Shown here piece by piece: positions 9,720 to 20,487 of a DNA stretch of 64,000 nucleotides; the stretch's first letter is position 1, and each line of letters starts with the position of its first letter. Source of the stretch: Candidatus Obscuribacterales bacterium (lineage in GTDB: Bacteria; Cyanobacteriota; Vampirovibrionia; Obscuribacterales; Obscuribacteraceae); contig CBDDIJ010000003.1 of the NCBI GenBank assembly GCA_965228855.1, positions 1,696,001 through 1,760,000 of the forward strand. Direction: 5' to 3'. Made by a program: the position numbers and the translations under genes. The notes under the pieces are model-generated. The model was given only the letters and a program-made list of their open reading frames with translations. It had not been told where the DNA came from and searched no databases.

Positions 9720-9927
9720 TTTCGCTCCTCTTCAATTCCACAGCTTGCACGCAGGCACAATGCTGCGGAATCAGGCATCCTTAGCCCTTCCGATATCAAC
9801 AAGGATCATACACGATTCTTCCGAAGAGTGATTGTACTCCGCAGCCTGAGAGAGCCAGAGGCGATCCTATTTATATGGCTGTTCAAACGAAATCAGAAAC
9901 TGAGCGCAACACTGGACAACAACCAGG

Positions 9928-10719
9928 TTAAGCGAGCTCTAGCCCAACTTTATGAGGGGCACCGGTGACAGCGCTCAATTTCTTGACAAACGCACGCGTT
10001 CTTTCTCTGCTGCTCGAACTTTCATCGATGCACTTCGTGACTTTGTACTTCCTCTCACGGGTCGTGAAGCAAACAGAGAAAATTCCGTTTTCAATGTATG
10101 TTATTTGCGAGAGAGGAATTTCTTCTGTTCCGAGTAACGAACGGATCAAAAGCTTGCTTGAATCTATCGAAGCACTGTAGGGCATTAACAGAGTTACGCC
10201 CATATAAATCCACAAGCCCGCGCAGATAAACATTCCGAAGACGGTTTTGACGTAATGACCATTGACTTGTGCTTCGCCTAAAGTCGAATAAAGGAAAGGC
10301 ACAACGCCTGCAAGTACTATCCAGAGACAGCACAGTGCCAACACTTTAAAAGTTGACGGACCCATCTGAGAGTCTGTTTTTTCACGTTCGCGTGGAGAGC
10401 AAGAAGCTAGATGAGCATCTCTTATACCAGTCGAGACCCAGGCGACCACTGCAATTACTAACGATGAGACGGCCACAATGCCAACCACACCTAGAAGACC
10501 CTGCGCCTGGTCGATCGTGCCCAACGCTGGCGATGCCAGGCAGAGCAAGACTGCAAGCATTAGCTTAAAACCACCCGAGAGCGCGAACAACACAGGGTTC
10601 TTCTTGAACAAGGTAGTTCCAGTACGATCGCGGATCTCGCCATTCCAAGCCTCATGAAGAGCAAACATCAATAACAAATAGCCAAAACCGTGAACCACGA
10701 TCATGTTATCGAATTTCAT
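9928..10719 (-). CDS. Multi-pass membrane protein with PH-like C-terminal domain
   Basis: About 5 hydrophobic segments. C-terminal LLIRSLLGTEEIPLSQITYIE resembles bacterial PH domains. GGAGG RBS. Confidence 0.6.
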   Translation of the reverse strand: MKFDNMIVVHGFGYLLLMFALHEAWNGEIRDRTGTTLFKKNPVLFALSGGFKLMLAVLLCLASPALGTIDQAQGLLGVVGIVAVSSLVIAVVAWVSTGIRDAHLASCSPREREKTDSQMGPSTFKVLALCCLWIVLAGVVPFLYSTLGEAQVNGHYVKTVFGMFICAGLWIYMGVTLLMPYSASIDSSKLLIRSLLGTEEIPLSQITYIENGIFSVCFTTRERKYKVTKCIDESSSSRERTRAFVKKLSAVTGAPHKVGLELA

Positions 10720-11202
10720 GTAGAAACCTCCCTCGAGCCGGCACCGGCAGGAGTAGCGGAAGAGTAAATAAAAGCGCAGACGCGAAGCCTTTCAATGATT
10801 ATATTGCCTCGCTTGACAAACTGTTTCAGTTCTTTAGCTCGGATTAATAATTAGGCTAACGCGCCACAGGCTACTCTTTGGACGCCAGAACTGCTGGGAA
10901 CTCACCGCTGGGAACTCTTCACCAGCAAAAACAGACTCCTTTGTTTGAACTGCACCAGATGCGGTGATACAGAGTGACCCAAAACGCTTAACTTACAGAA
11001 GTGTTTCACAGCAACCAGAAGATTTGCCACTAAATACGGTATCAATCGCTGACTTCGGCAATCCATTCCTTTCACCTCGATCCGGCAAAACCGTTTTCCG
11101 CATTGGGGAAACTATCGTTCAGTTCTTGAAGAAAGTCTTGCAAATCACGGCTAACCGAGATAAGCGTTGTAAGATCTGGACCTCTAATATAGGAGCAGGA
11201 CC

Positions 11203-13062
11203 ATGACACCAGTCGACTCGGTTAGCAAGAAATTCGCCCCCGTGGAATCCAGTTACCCCATCGATAACCTCAAGTTGCTTGAGTGGGTTACCGAGGCTGC
11301 GGCACTCTGCCAACCTGATCGCGTTTACTGGTGTGACGGTAGCGACGAAGAATACAACCGCCTTTGCCAGGAAATGGTTGATGCTGGCACTTTTATCCGT
11401 TTAAACCCAGAAAAGCGCCCCAACAGCTATCTGGCTCGCTCTGCGCCTTCCGACGTCGCTCGTGTTGAGGACCGCACATTTGTCTGCACGAAAAACAAAG
11501 AAGACTCCGGTCCGAACAACAACTGGATGGAGCCGGAAACCGCCAAAATCATTTTGAAGGACTTCTTCAAAGGCTCGATGCGCGGTCGCACAATGTACGT
11601 AGTGCCGTTCAGCATGGGACCGCTGGGCTCGCCGCTCGCTCAAATCGGCGTTGAGATCACCGACTCGCCGTATGTTGTTGTCAACATGAAACACATGACG
11701 CGCATGGGCAAGAAGGTTGTTGAAATCTTGGGTAGCGACGGCGCGTTCGTCCCTTGCATGCACAGCGTCGGACATCCACTGGACCCGGGCGAGAAAGACG
11801 ATGCCTGGCCGTGTAATCCGGAGCACAAATACATCTGCCACTTCCCGGAAACAAAAGAGATCTGGTCCTATGGCTCCGGATACGGCGGCAATGCGCTTCT
11901 CGGCAAGAAATGTCTGGCTTTGAGAATTGCCTCCTCGCTCGGAAGAAAAGAAGGATGGCTCGCAGAGCACATGCTCATTCTTGGAGTGAAATCACCTACC
12001 GGCGAAAAATGTTACGTAGCCGCAGCCTTCCCGAGCGCTTGCGGGAAGACGAACTTCGCGATGCTTATACCGCCAAACAGTTTTAAAGGATGGGAAGTCA
12101 CCACCGTCGGTGATGATATTGCCTGGATCAGACCTGGCAAAGATGGCAAGTTCTATGCCATCAACCCTGAAGCTGGTTTCTTCGGCGTGGCGCCTGGCAC
12201 ATCAGCGAAAACCAATCCGAATGCAATCAAAACACTCGACAAAAATTGCATCTTCACGAACGTCGCGCTCACGCCTGACGGTGACGTCTGGTGGGAAGGT
12301 CTGACAGACCAGGCGCCGTCAGAGTTGATCGATTGGCAAGGACGAAACTGGACTCCGGACTGCGGTCGCAAAGCGGCGCACCCGAACAGCCGATTCACAG
12401 TCCCCATCGACCAGTGCCCATCGCTTGACGATCAGTGGGACAACCTGGAAGGAGTGCCGATCAGCGCCTTCGTATTCGGCGGACGCCGTCCGTCTGTCAT
12501 TCCGCTGGCGTTCCAATCAATCAACTGGGACTTCGGCGTGTACATGGCCGCGACAATGGGTTCGGAAACGACCGCTGCTGCAGTCGGCAAAGTCGGCGAA
12601 GTGAGACGCGACCCGATGGCGATGCTGCCCTTCTGCGGCTATCACATGGGCGATTACTTCGACCACTGGCTGCGAATGGGACATATGGTTCAAAACCCAC
12701 CGCGCGTTTTCTGCGTAAATTGGTTCCGCACCGATCACGATGGCAAGATTATTTGGCCAGGATTCGGCGAGAACATGCGCGTTCTCAAGTGGATCTCAGA
12801 TCGCGTACACGGCAAAGCGGGAGCAGCACAGACGTTCCTCGGCTTCATGCCACGCCACAAAGACATCGACTGGACCGGAATCAAAGATTTCAATGCAGAG
12901 CAATTCGACGTGCTGATGCACATCGACAAAGAACTTTGGCATCGAGAGCTTGAATCTCACGACGAACTGTTCAATCGCTTGAAAGAAAGAATGCCAAGAG
13001 AATTGATGTTGATTAGAGAGATGCTCAATTTGAGTCTCGTTCGCGACATGAGTGACCAGTAG
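11203..13062 (+). CDS. pckG: Phosphoenolpyruvate carboxykinase (GTP)
   Basis: [50 protein letters not shown] and AHPNSRF. Confidence 0.98.
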   Translation: MTPVDSVSKKFAPVESSYPIDNLKLLEWVTEAAALCQPDRVYWCDGSDEEYNRLCQEMVDAGTFIRLNPEKRPNSYLARSAPSDVARVEDRTFVCTKNKEDSGPNNNWMEPETAKIILKDFFKGSMRGRTMYVVPFSMGPLGSPLAQIGVEITDSPYVVVNMKHMTRMGKKVVEILGSDGAFVPCMHSVGHPLDPGEKDDAWPCNPEHKYICHFPETKEIWSYGSGYGGNALLGKKCLALRIASSLGRKEGWLAEHMLILGVKSPTGEKCYVAAAFPSACGKTNFAMLIPPNSFKGWEVTTVGDDIAWIRPGKDGKFYAINPEAGFFGVAPGTSAKTNPNAIKTLDKNCIFTNVALTPDGDVWWEGLTDQAPSELIDWQGRNWTPDCGRKAAHPNSRFTVPIDQCPSLDDQWDNLEGVPISAFVFGGRRPSVIPLAFQSINWDFGVYMAATMGSETTAAAVGKVGEVRRDPMAMLPFCGYHMGDYFDHWLRMGHMVQNPPRVFCVNWFRTDHDGKIIWPGFGENMRVLKWISDRVHGKAGAAQTFLGFMPRHKDIDWTGIKDFNAEQFDVLMHIDKELWHRELESHDELFNRLKERMPRELMLIREMLNLSLVRDMSDQ

Positions 13063-13321
13063 GCATCTCAAATTGAATCGCTCAGACCTCATTACCGGCT
13101 CAATCACGCGGCTTGCAACTGGCACCTGCACCACGAGTGGTGTCAAAGCGCAATGCCGCGTGATGAGGGTTCGGCGACAGAATGACAATTACGTCCGAAA
13201 TCTTCTGTTGAGAGAGTCACGCGATACGTTTTCATATGGAACTATTTTCGCAACTAGCAGCTATACTTTTGACGAAGTATCGATGCCGTGAAGTATTTGG
13301 CGTCATTTGGAGGGACTGAGT

Positions 13322-14623
13322 GTGTCTAACGAAACACTGACGATTACTGACAATCGTACCGGACGAAAGTACGATATTCCGATTACTGACAACACTATCC
13401 GAGCGAATGACCTCAGACAAATAAAAACCGCCGACGACGATTTCGGTTTAATGACCTACGATCCGTCCTTCATGAGCACTGCTGCGTGCCGCAGCTCCAT
13501 CACCTATATTGACGGCGACCGAGGAATTCTCCGCTATCGAGGTTATCCAATCGAGCAACTGGCTGAAAAGTCGACTTTCCTCGAAGTTGCTTATCTGCTC
13601 AACAACGGCGAGTTGCCGGACCAGGACCAGCTCAAAGAGTGGGCTGATGTGATCAAGTACCACACCTATGTGCATACGAACATCACAAAGTTTCTCGAAG
13701 GTTTCCGATACGACGCTCACCCGATGGGCATGTTGCTCGGTGCTGTCAGCGCCCTTTCGACGTTCTACCCGGACGCGAAGAATATAACCGATCCGGAAAA
13801 TCGCTATCTGCAACGCGTGCGTCTCCTCGCCAAAGCTCCCACAATTGCAGCCTTTGCGTTCCGCCATTCACGCGGACTTCCGTTCGTGTTCCCGGACAAC
13901 GATCTTGACTACGTCGGCAATTTCGTAAACATGACATTCAGCATCGGCGGCCAACACAAACCCAATAAGGTATTGCAGCGCGCCCTCGAAACTCTTCTCA
14001 TCTTGCATGCCGACCATGAGCAGAATTGCTCAACAAGCGCGGTTCGCGGCGTAGGTTCTTCACGCGTAGATCTGTTCTCCGCTGTTTCAGCCGGCATTGC
14101 CGCCCTCTATGGGCCTTTACACGGCGGAGCAAACGAAGCAGTAATCAAAATGCTCGATGAAATTGGCTCGAAGAAAAACATTCCAGACTTCATCAAAGAT
14201 GTTAAGGATGGGAAGAGACGCCTCATGGGCTTCGGACATAGAGTCTACAAATCGTACGACCCCAGAGCGAAATTGATCAAACAAGTTGCATACGAAGTGT
14301 TCGATCAAACCGGTCTCAATCCGAAGTTGGAAATTGCACTCGAGTTGGAAAAAATTGCGCTTGAAGATGACTACTTCATCTCACGCAAACTTTATCCGAA
14401 CGTCGATTTCTACTCGGGATTGATCTATCAAGCGATGGGATATCCGACCGATTACTTTACAGTGCTGTTCGCTCTGGGCCGCATGCCAGGCTGGTTAGCG
14501 CAATGGGAAGAGATGGTGCTCGACGAGAGCCAGAAGATTGCGCGCCCCAGACAGATCTACACAGGTCCGGAAGAGCGCCCATATGTTCCGATGGAAAAGC
14601 GCAAACCCGCTGTGACCGCGTAA
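13322..14623 (+). CDS. gltA: Citrate synthase
   Basis: GTG start with GGAGGG RBS. ILHADHEQNCSTS, GPLHGGANEAV, LMGFGHRVY and YPNVDFYSG. Confidence 0.97.
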   Translation: MSNETLTITDNRTGRKYDIPITDNTIRANDLRQIKTADDDFGLMTYDPSFMSTAACRSSITYIDGDRGILRYRGYPIEQLAEKSTFLEVAYLLNNGELPDQDQLKEWADVIKYHTYVHTNITKFLEGFRYDAHPMGMLLGAVSALSTFYPDAKNITDPENRYLQRVRLLAKAPTIAAFAFRHSRGLPFVFPDNDLDYVGNFVNMTFSIGGQHKPNKVLQRALETLLILHADHEQNCSTSAVRGVGSSRVDLFSAVSAGIAALYGPLHGGANEAVIKMLDEIGSKKNIPDFIKDVKDGKRRLMGFGHRVYKSYDPRAKLIKQVAYEVFDQTGLNPKLEIALELEKIALEDDYFISRKLYPNVDFYSGLIYQAMGYPTDYFTVLFALGRMPGWLAQWEEMVLDESQKIARPRQIYTGPEERPYVPMEKRKPAVTA

Positions 14624-14891
14624 CTCTCGCTCGTTCTGACAACTGCAAAGGCGAAAAGATCATCCGTTGAGTTGATTTTTGGCTGGCTCGCGAAATCGAG
14701 AGCCAGCTGAACGTTTGTCGCATTCCTCCAGATACAAATCATCCGAAAGGATGAGAAAAACAATCCTATCGGTCGAGATATTTATTAGCCGTACATAGCA
14801 ACATTTACCGAGTCTTCTTTATATGGAGAAGTCCGTACGCACACGAATGGAAAGTTGGCTTTCCATCAAATCTGTGGGGGATCTAACGGCA

Positions 14892-16082
14892 ATGCCTGAC
14901 ACAAAAACTAAATCGAACTCCCGAAATTCCGTCAGCAAAGAGCGGCAGAAAGCACCATCTGCAATACCAGTAGATGCAGCCACAGATGCGAAGCATTTAC
15001 AAGAAATTCCAATTTTGGGTTTTGATTACATCGAGTTTTATGTAGGTAATGCCAAGCAAGCCAGATACTATTACGAGCGTGGATTAGGTTTTGAAGTTGT
15101 TGGATATCGAGGTTTGGAGACCGGTGATCGCAGTCTCACGTCTTACGCTTTGCAGCAGAACAACGTCAAAATCGTCCTCACAAGCTCACTTAGCCCGAAC
15201 CATGAGGTAGCGGAACACGTTAAGCGTCACGGAGATGGTGTTCGATCAATTGGTTTCACAGTTGCGAACGTTGTGGAGTGTTATGAACAGGCATGCGCGC
15301 GCGGCGCTCAATCGGTACAGCCACCGATTTCAGAGACGGATAAGTTTGGAACGTTTGTCTCCGCTTCTGTAAAAACCTATGGAGAAACCATTCATACATT
15401 TATCGATAGGAAAAACTATGGCGCAATGATTCGACCAGGCTACCAGCCGGTCAACTCGTGGGCTGGCGGCGTCGGCTTCGGAAATATCGATCACGTAGTC
15501 GGCAACGTCGAGAAAGACAAAATGATGGACTGGGTTTCTTTCTACGAAAGGATTTTCGGCTTCCACGTATTCCAGGGATTCAACGCGTCTGATATCAACA
15601 CGCAATATTCGGCGCTGACATCACGGGTGATGGCAAATAAAGCAGGCACGATTAAAATGCCCATCAACGAGCCCGCTAGCGGTGAGCGCAAATCGCAGAT
15701 TCAAGAGTATCTCGATTTTTATGAGGCACCCGGAGTCCAACACATCGCGGTCACCACGAATAACATAATTGCAACAGTGACAGAACTTCGCAAACGCGGA
15801 ATAGAATTTCTTTCAGTGCCGCAAGCTTATTACGACACATTGACAGAGCGAGTCGGAACCATCGACGAAGATATCGATGCGCTGGCTAAACTCGGCATCC
15901 TCGTGGACCGAGAATCATCCGGCTATCTCTTGCAGATCTTCACTAAGCCAGTGGAAGATCGACCTACTCTGTTCTTCGAGATCATCCAGCGAAAAAGCGG
16001 CGCGTCCGGTTTTGGTCGCGGAAACTTCATGTCACTGTTCGAGTCGCTTGAACGCGAACAAGATCTGCGAGGAAATCTCTAA
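14892..16082 (+). CDS. hppD: 4-hydroxyphenylpyruvate dioxygenase
   Basis: IDHVVGN, SQIQEYL, GVQHIA, YLLQIFT, FFEIIQR and GFGRGNF. Confidence 0.97.
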   Translation: MPDTKTKSNSRNSVSKERQKAPSAIPVDAATDAKHLQEIPILGFDYIEFYVGNAKQARYYYERGLGFEVVGYRGLETGDRSLTSYALQQNNVKIVLTSSLSPNHEVAEHVKRHGDGVRSIGFTVANVVECYEQACARGAQSVQPPISETDKFGTFVSASVKTYGETIHTFIDRKNYGAMIRPGYQPVNSWAGGVGFGNIDHVVGNVEKDKMMDWVSFYERIFGFHVFQGFNASDINTQYSALTSRVMANKAGTIKMPINEPASGERKSQIQEYLDFYEAPGVQHIAVTTNNIIATVTELRKRGIEFLSVPQAYYDTLTERVGTIDEDIDALAKLGILVDRESSGYLLQIFTKPVEDRPTLFFEIIQRKSGASGFGRGNFMSLFESLEREQDLRGNL

Positions 16083-17275
16083 TGCCAATTTATCAACGCT
16101 CCGGCAATGTCCCGGCGAAGAGACACGTTCAATTCAGAAATGGCACCGGCAAACTCTATCAGGAGGAAGTGTTCGGCAGTCGCGGTTTCGATGGTCGATA
16201 CTCGATTCTCTACCATCTTTATCCTCCGACGGAAGTCCGAGAGCTCGAAGTGCTGAAGGCCAACGAACAGCCCAAACTCGTGCCTTCATCCGAAGGTTTT
16301 CGCCACCGTCACTTGCGACTTGGAGATGCCACTACATTTGGTGACGCAGTTTCAGGTCGCAGGGTTTGCCTCGTAAACAGCGATGTTTCAATCGGCATTT
16401 GCGCGCCGGAAGACGACATGGAATATTTCTATTGCAACGGCAATAGTGATGAACTTATCTTCGTGCAAGAAGGCGCAGGTGTTTTGCACACGCAGTTCGG
16501 CAATCTGCCCTACAGAGAGGGCGATTATATCGTCGTCCCCAAAGGCACCATTTATAAGATGACGAGTGCAACACCAAAAGCAGATCTGTTCCTGGTGATT
16601 GAAACACCGGGTAATCTGGAGCTTCCCCGACGCTATCTCAACGAGTATGGTCAACTGCTTGAACACTCGCCCTTCTACTCGCGCGATCTATTGATTCCCG
16701 AAGCCACGACACCAGAGGATAAGCGGGGCGACTTCGAAGTGCGCGTGAAAACAAGAAGTCATCTCATGTCTTATCATCTCGGTCATCATCCATTCGACGT
16801 CGTCGGCTGGGATGGATATTTATATCCGTTCATTTTCAACATTTTTGATTTTGAGCCAATCACTGGTCGCATACATATGCCACCACCCGTGCACCAGACA
16901 TTCGCCGGACAAAACTTCGTCGTTTGCTCATTCGTTCCGCGGCTTGTAGACTACCATCCCGACGCAATCCCGGCACCCTACAATCATAGTAATTTGCAAA
17001 GCGACGAAGTGCTCTTCTACGTAAGCGGCAACTTTATGAGCAGGAAGGGAATCAATGAAGGTTCAATGACATTTCACCCTGCTGGTATACCGCACGGTCC
17101 GCAACCCGATGCAATGCAGGAAAGCATCGGTATGACCAGAACAACGGAAACAGCAGTGATGATCGATACTTTCCAGCCGCTGAATGTCACAATGGATGCT
17201 CTCGATTTCGACGATAAAAAATACTCGCTAAGTTGGGGCGCTACCAGTGATGTGCCCTCTAAAATGGGAGCTTAA
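16082..17275 (+). CDS. hmgA: Homogentisate 1,2-dioxygenase
   Basis: HHPFDVVGWDG, HMPPPVHQTF, PYNHSN and HPAGIPHGP. Coupled to hppD by a TAATG overlap. Confidence 0.95.
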   Translation: MPIYQRSGNVPAKRHVQFRNGTGKLYQEEVFGSRGFDGRYSILYHLYPPTEVRELEVLKANEQPKLVPSSEGFRHRHLRLGDATTFGDAVSGRRVCLVNSDVSIGICAPEDDMEYFYCNGNSDELIFVQEGAGVLHTQFGNLPYREGDYIVVPKGTIYKMTSATPKADLFLVIETPGNLELPRRYLNEYGQLLEHSPFYSRDLLIPEATTPEDKRGDFEVRVKTRSHLMSYHLGHHPFDVVGWDGYLYPFIFNIFDFEPITGRIHMPPPVHQTFAGQNFVVCSFVPRLVDYHPDAIPAPYNHSNLQSDEVLFYVSGNFMSRKGINEGSMTFHPAGIPHGPQPDAMQESIGMTRTTETAVMIDTFQPLNVTMDALDFDDKKYSLSWGATSDVPSKMGA

Positions 17276-17278
17276 GTA

Positions 17279-17311
17279 AAATCCGCACTCTCCCGAAGAA
17301 GGTGCGGATTT
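17279..17311. terminator. Probable bidirectional terminator between convergent hmgA and sigma factor
   Basis: AAATCCGCAC...GTGCGGATTT inverted repeat with A/T flanks. Confidence 0.65.
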
Positions 17312-17334
17312 AAACTTTGACTATTCGAAAAATC

Positions 17335-18282
17335 TTATGCTGCGAGGTAGTCTTCGAACTCCTCACGGCTAGCAGCTTTCTTCAGCTTACGCATCGCGAG
17401 GCAGGAAATCTTACCAACTTGGTCGCGCGTCAATCCGAGCGCTTCGGAGATTTCACGAAGGCTAGCTTCTTCGCCGTTATCCATGCCGAATCTCATTCTG
17501 ATCACTTTGCGTTCGCGCTCGTTCAAGCATGAAAGCAAGGTCGAGATTTGGGAGCTGAAGTACGGAGCGTCAGCTTGGTCGATTGGAGTGGTGGCGTCTT
17601 CATCGACGATAGTTTCGCCGAGTGAGCAACCATCATCTTCAGTCATCGAAACCTTTTGATCGAGTGACATGCAGGTTTGCGATGCATTCAATGCTTTTTC
17701 TATTTTCTCGACTGTTTCCTCGAGTTCCATCGCGATTTCTTCAACGGTTGCTTGTCTGCCCAATTTCACAGCCAGAGAGCTTCTTACGCGGCGGATCTTG
17801 GTCATTAATTCGTTTAAGTGAACGGGTAATCTGACGATGCGCGATTTATTCGAGAGCGCGCGAGTGATTGCCTCTCTCACCCACCATGCGGCGTAGGTAG
17901 AGAATCTGTGACCCATCTTGATATCGAATTTGTTGACTGCGGACATGAGCCCGATACTACCTTCTTGCATGAGGTCGCTGAGCGGAATGCCGCGGTCTTC
18001 GTACTTTTTCGCGATCGAAGCGACCAGTTTCATGTTAGCCATGGTCAGTTCGTTGCGGGCACGGAGGTCGCCCTTCTTGGCGCGGATGACCAGCTCTCTT
18101 TCTTCGTCCGCTGTGAGTGTTTTACCGGTGAACTCTTGGTTGCTGCCGGATTGACGTTTTGTAGAACGAATCTTGGTTACACGGTTGTCGCCATCTTGGT
18201 GACTACGGAATTGAACTACATTGTCAGATTCATCTTCGAAACTTTCCAGGTTATCTTCGAACATGTTGATTAGCGCTGACAT
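17335..18282 (-). CDS. RpoD/SigA-family sigma-70 factor lacking region 1.1 (group-2-like)
   Basis: ANMKLVASIAKKY, DLMQEGSIGL, RFSTYAAWW, SRIVRLPVH and a region 4 HTH. ATG at 18282 with GAGGA RBS. Confidence 0.92.
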   Translation of the reverse strand: MSALINMFEDNLESFEDESDNVVQFRSHQDGDNRVTKIRSTKRQSGSNQEFTGKTLTADEERELVIRAKKGDLRARNELTMANMKLVASIAKKYEDRGIPLSDLMQEGSIGLMSAVNKFDIKMGHRFSTYAAWWVREAITRALSNKSRIVRLPVHLNELMTKIRRVRSSLAVKLGRQATVEEIAMELEETVEKIEKALNASQTCMSLDQKVSMTEDDGCSLGETIVDEDATTPIDQADAPYFSSQISTLLSCLNERERKVIRMRFGMDNGEEASLREISEALGLTRDQVGKISCLAMRKLKKAASREEFEDYLAA

Positions 18283-18589
18283 CTTTCCTCTCCTAATTAT
18301 TTCCAAGTTGAATCAGGCAAATGGATACGCCCATTTGGCTTATTGATTCGTTTTTTGACTGTCCCCTCGGCGCGGTTCGTTTCAACCGCCGATGTATTCA
18401 ATATACACAATCAGTAGAACAAAATCAACACCTCGGCAGATTAAATCGTACAATTTGTTCTACAAAGCCACCCAAAACCGCCCATTTTACGCAAAATGCT
18501 CCAAATCTGTCGATTATAAACCTCACCCTCCAGTCTACACACGAGACTAAAAGCGACTGCACACTGTCGACTAAAATCGACTATCCTGC

Positions 18590-18699
18590 CAATACTTATA
18601 AGAGTCCCGGCAATACTAATAAGAGTCCTGGCAATTCCTTATAGTCCGGGTACTCTAGATAGTCTGGATAGTCTAGATAGTCTGGATAGTCTGGACAGT
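18590..18699. repeat. Compound tandem repeat: about 3 x 21 bp then 5 x 9 bp
   Basis: CAATACTTATAAGAGTCCCGG / CAATACTAATAAGAGTCCTGG / degenerate third copy (18590-18650), then CT(A/G)GA(T/C)AGT x5 (18655-18699). Confidence 0.85.
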
Positions 18700-18772
18700 T
18701 CAGCTCAGTTCAGCCGGTGCTACATAGTTGCATATAGAAGGTACGGCAGTTTATTTGCAAGCGAGGCGAAAG

Positions 18773-19681
18773 ATGGCGAGAGCGATGTGGTCTGGAGTTG
18801 TAAGTTTCGGGATGGTGACTATTCCGGTAAAGCTGCACTCAGCAACGGAGAGTCATAACGTTTCATTTCACCTCCTGCACGAGAAATGCGATACGCGCAT
18901 AAAGGAACAAAGATGGTGCCCGCACTGTGACGAGCAAGTGGACTGGGAGGATGTGGTCAAAGGCTTTGAGTACAGCAAAGGGAAGTACGTCGAACTCACT
19001 TCCGAGGATTTTGAAAAGCTCCCCCTGCCCAGCAAGCACACGATTGACGTCGCGTCCTTCGTGGCTCTGGAAAAAGTCGATCCTATATATTACGACTCAA
19101 CATATTACATTTCAGTGGACTCAGCCGCTCAGAAGCCTTACAAACTCTTGATCGACGTAATGGAAAAACAGCAGGTCGTCGGCATTGCTACAATCACTTT
19201 TCGCAACAAAGAACGGCTCTGCGCCTTGCGTCCCATGGACGGCAAGCTTGCGCTGCAGACCCTCCTGTACGAAGATGAATTGCGGGAAAATCCAGCAAAA
19301 AAACCGACATCCGTAAAAGTTTCAGCTCAAGAAAAAAAGATGGCGGAGACTCTCATAAATGCACTTACCGAGAAGGAATTTGAGCCTTCGAAATTCAAGG
19401 ACAAGTATCAGAGCGCGCTTAAGAAACTTATCCAGGCGAAACTGAAGGGCAAGGAATTGAAGGAAATTAAACAGAGCGAACCGACGAACGTAACCGATCT
19501 GATGGAGGCGCTACGTGCCAGCCTCGAGAGCGCGAGCAAGGGCGGTAAGAAATCCGCTGCGAAGAGCACGACAAAACGGAAAGCTACAACTAAGTCGGCG
19601 GCAAAGACTTCGAAGTCCGCGAAGGTTCGCAAGAGCAAGAGCGGATCGAAGCGCGGTACGCGCAAAACAAAAGCAGCATAG
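18773..19681 (+). CDS. ku: NHEJ Ku protein with basic C-terminal tail
   Basis: RAMWSGVVSFGMVTIPVKL, VKGFEY, DPIYYD and DLMEALRASL. K/R-rich tail and HxxC...CxxC. Confidence 0.96.
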   Translation: MARAMWSGVVSFGMVTIPVKLHSATESHNVSFHLLHEKCDTRIKEQRWCPHCDEQVDWEDVVKGFEYSKGKYVELTSEDFEKLPLPSKHTIDVASFVALEKVDPIYYDSTYYISVDSAAQKPYKLLIDVMEKQQVVGIATITFRNKERLCALRPMDGKLALQTLLYEDELRENPAKKPTSVKVSAQEKKMAETLINALTEKEFEPSKFKDKYQSALKKLIQAKLKGKELKEIKQSEPTNVTDLMEALRASLESASKGGKKSAAKSTTKRKATTKSAAKTSKSAKVRKSKSGSKRGTRKTKAA

Positions 19682-19736
19682 CTACCAACAGCCCGGTAAT
19701 CGCGCCATCAAAGGTATCTCGCAGCGCAACTAATTT

Positions 19737-20186
19737 CTAAGTATCTTCATTGAGAGGCAACGTCACAACGTTCACGTAAAACGATTTGATACTTTTCGCG
19801 ACTTCTAAGAATTTCTCGAACTCAACCGGTTTGGTGATGAATGAACTCGCGTACAACCTGTAAGCAGTCATAATGTCGCGTTCGTCCTCAGACGTAGTCA
19901 AAATAACAACAGGGATGGACTTCAGATCCGGATCTTTCTTTATCTCTGCAAGAACCTCAAGACCGTCCTTTTTCGGCATGTTTAGATCAAGCAGGATCAC
20001 ATCCGGTCTCTGCACATCCGCGTATTGACCCTCTTTCCGAAGGTAGGCGATAGCTTCCACACCGTCTTTAACGATTGTCAACTCGTTAACTAATCTTCCA
20101 TTCTTAAATGCCAGTCTTGCCAGTTCGGCGTCGGACGGACTGTCCTCAGCCATTAATATTCTTACCGGTCTCTGCTGCTCCGCCAC
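19737..20186 (-). CDS. Single-domain response regulator, Rcp1-like
   Basis: ILMAEDSPSD, PDVILLDLNMP, IPVVILTTS and SFITKPV. Confidence 0.9.
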   Translation of the reverse strand: MAEQQRPVRILMAEDSPSDAELARLAFKNGRLVNELTIVKDGVEAIAYLRKEGQYADVQRPDVILLDLNMPKKDGLEVLAEIKKDPDLKSIPVVILTTSEDERDIMTAYRLYASSFITKPVEFEKFLEVAKSIKSFYVNVVTLPLNEDT

Positions 20187-20487
20187 TCGCTCGCTCCTGG
20201 TTGCGATTATTTGATATCTTAATAAATTATGGTACTACAGCCGGTGCTAGTGGAATAGTAAATTCAGATCGCAGTGTCTGAATAATTTTCGCACCCTTTA
20301 CCAGTATTTTAAACCGCCACATAAACGGCGCCAATAAAATCTTATTTTCTGAACACTCTGCTAAATGGGATTAGCGGAACAGTTCTCTCGCGATTTCAGT
20401 TACGGTCTGAATTCTCCTCAGACACTTCGCAGACGATACGTGGTATGGTCGTTACTCGCAGCAAGGCTATCCAGAGGAAACCCGACC

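Noticed and set aside
14731..14800. CAAA-TCATCC-GAAA-GGATGA hairpin upstream of hppD resembling part of a c-di-GMP-I riboswitch
   Set aside because: The flanking GGCAAA and GACGCAAA core and a convincing second stem are missing. Only an Infernal search could rescue it.
18590..18699. Possible CRISPR array
   Set aside because: Units are adjacent with no unique spacers, too short, and there are no cas genes.
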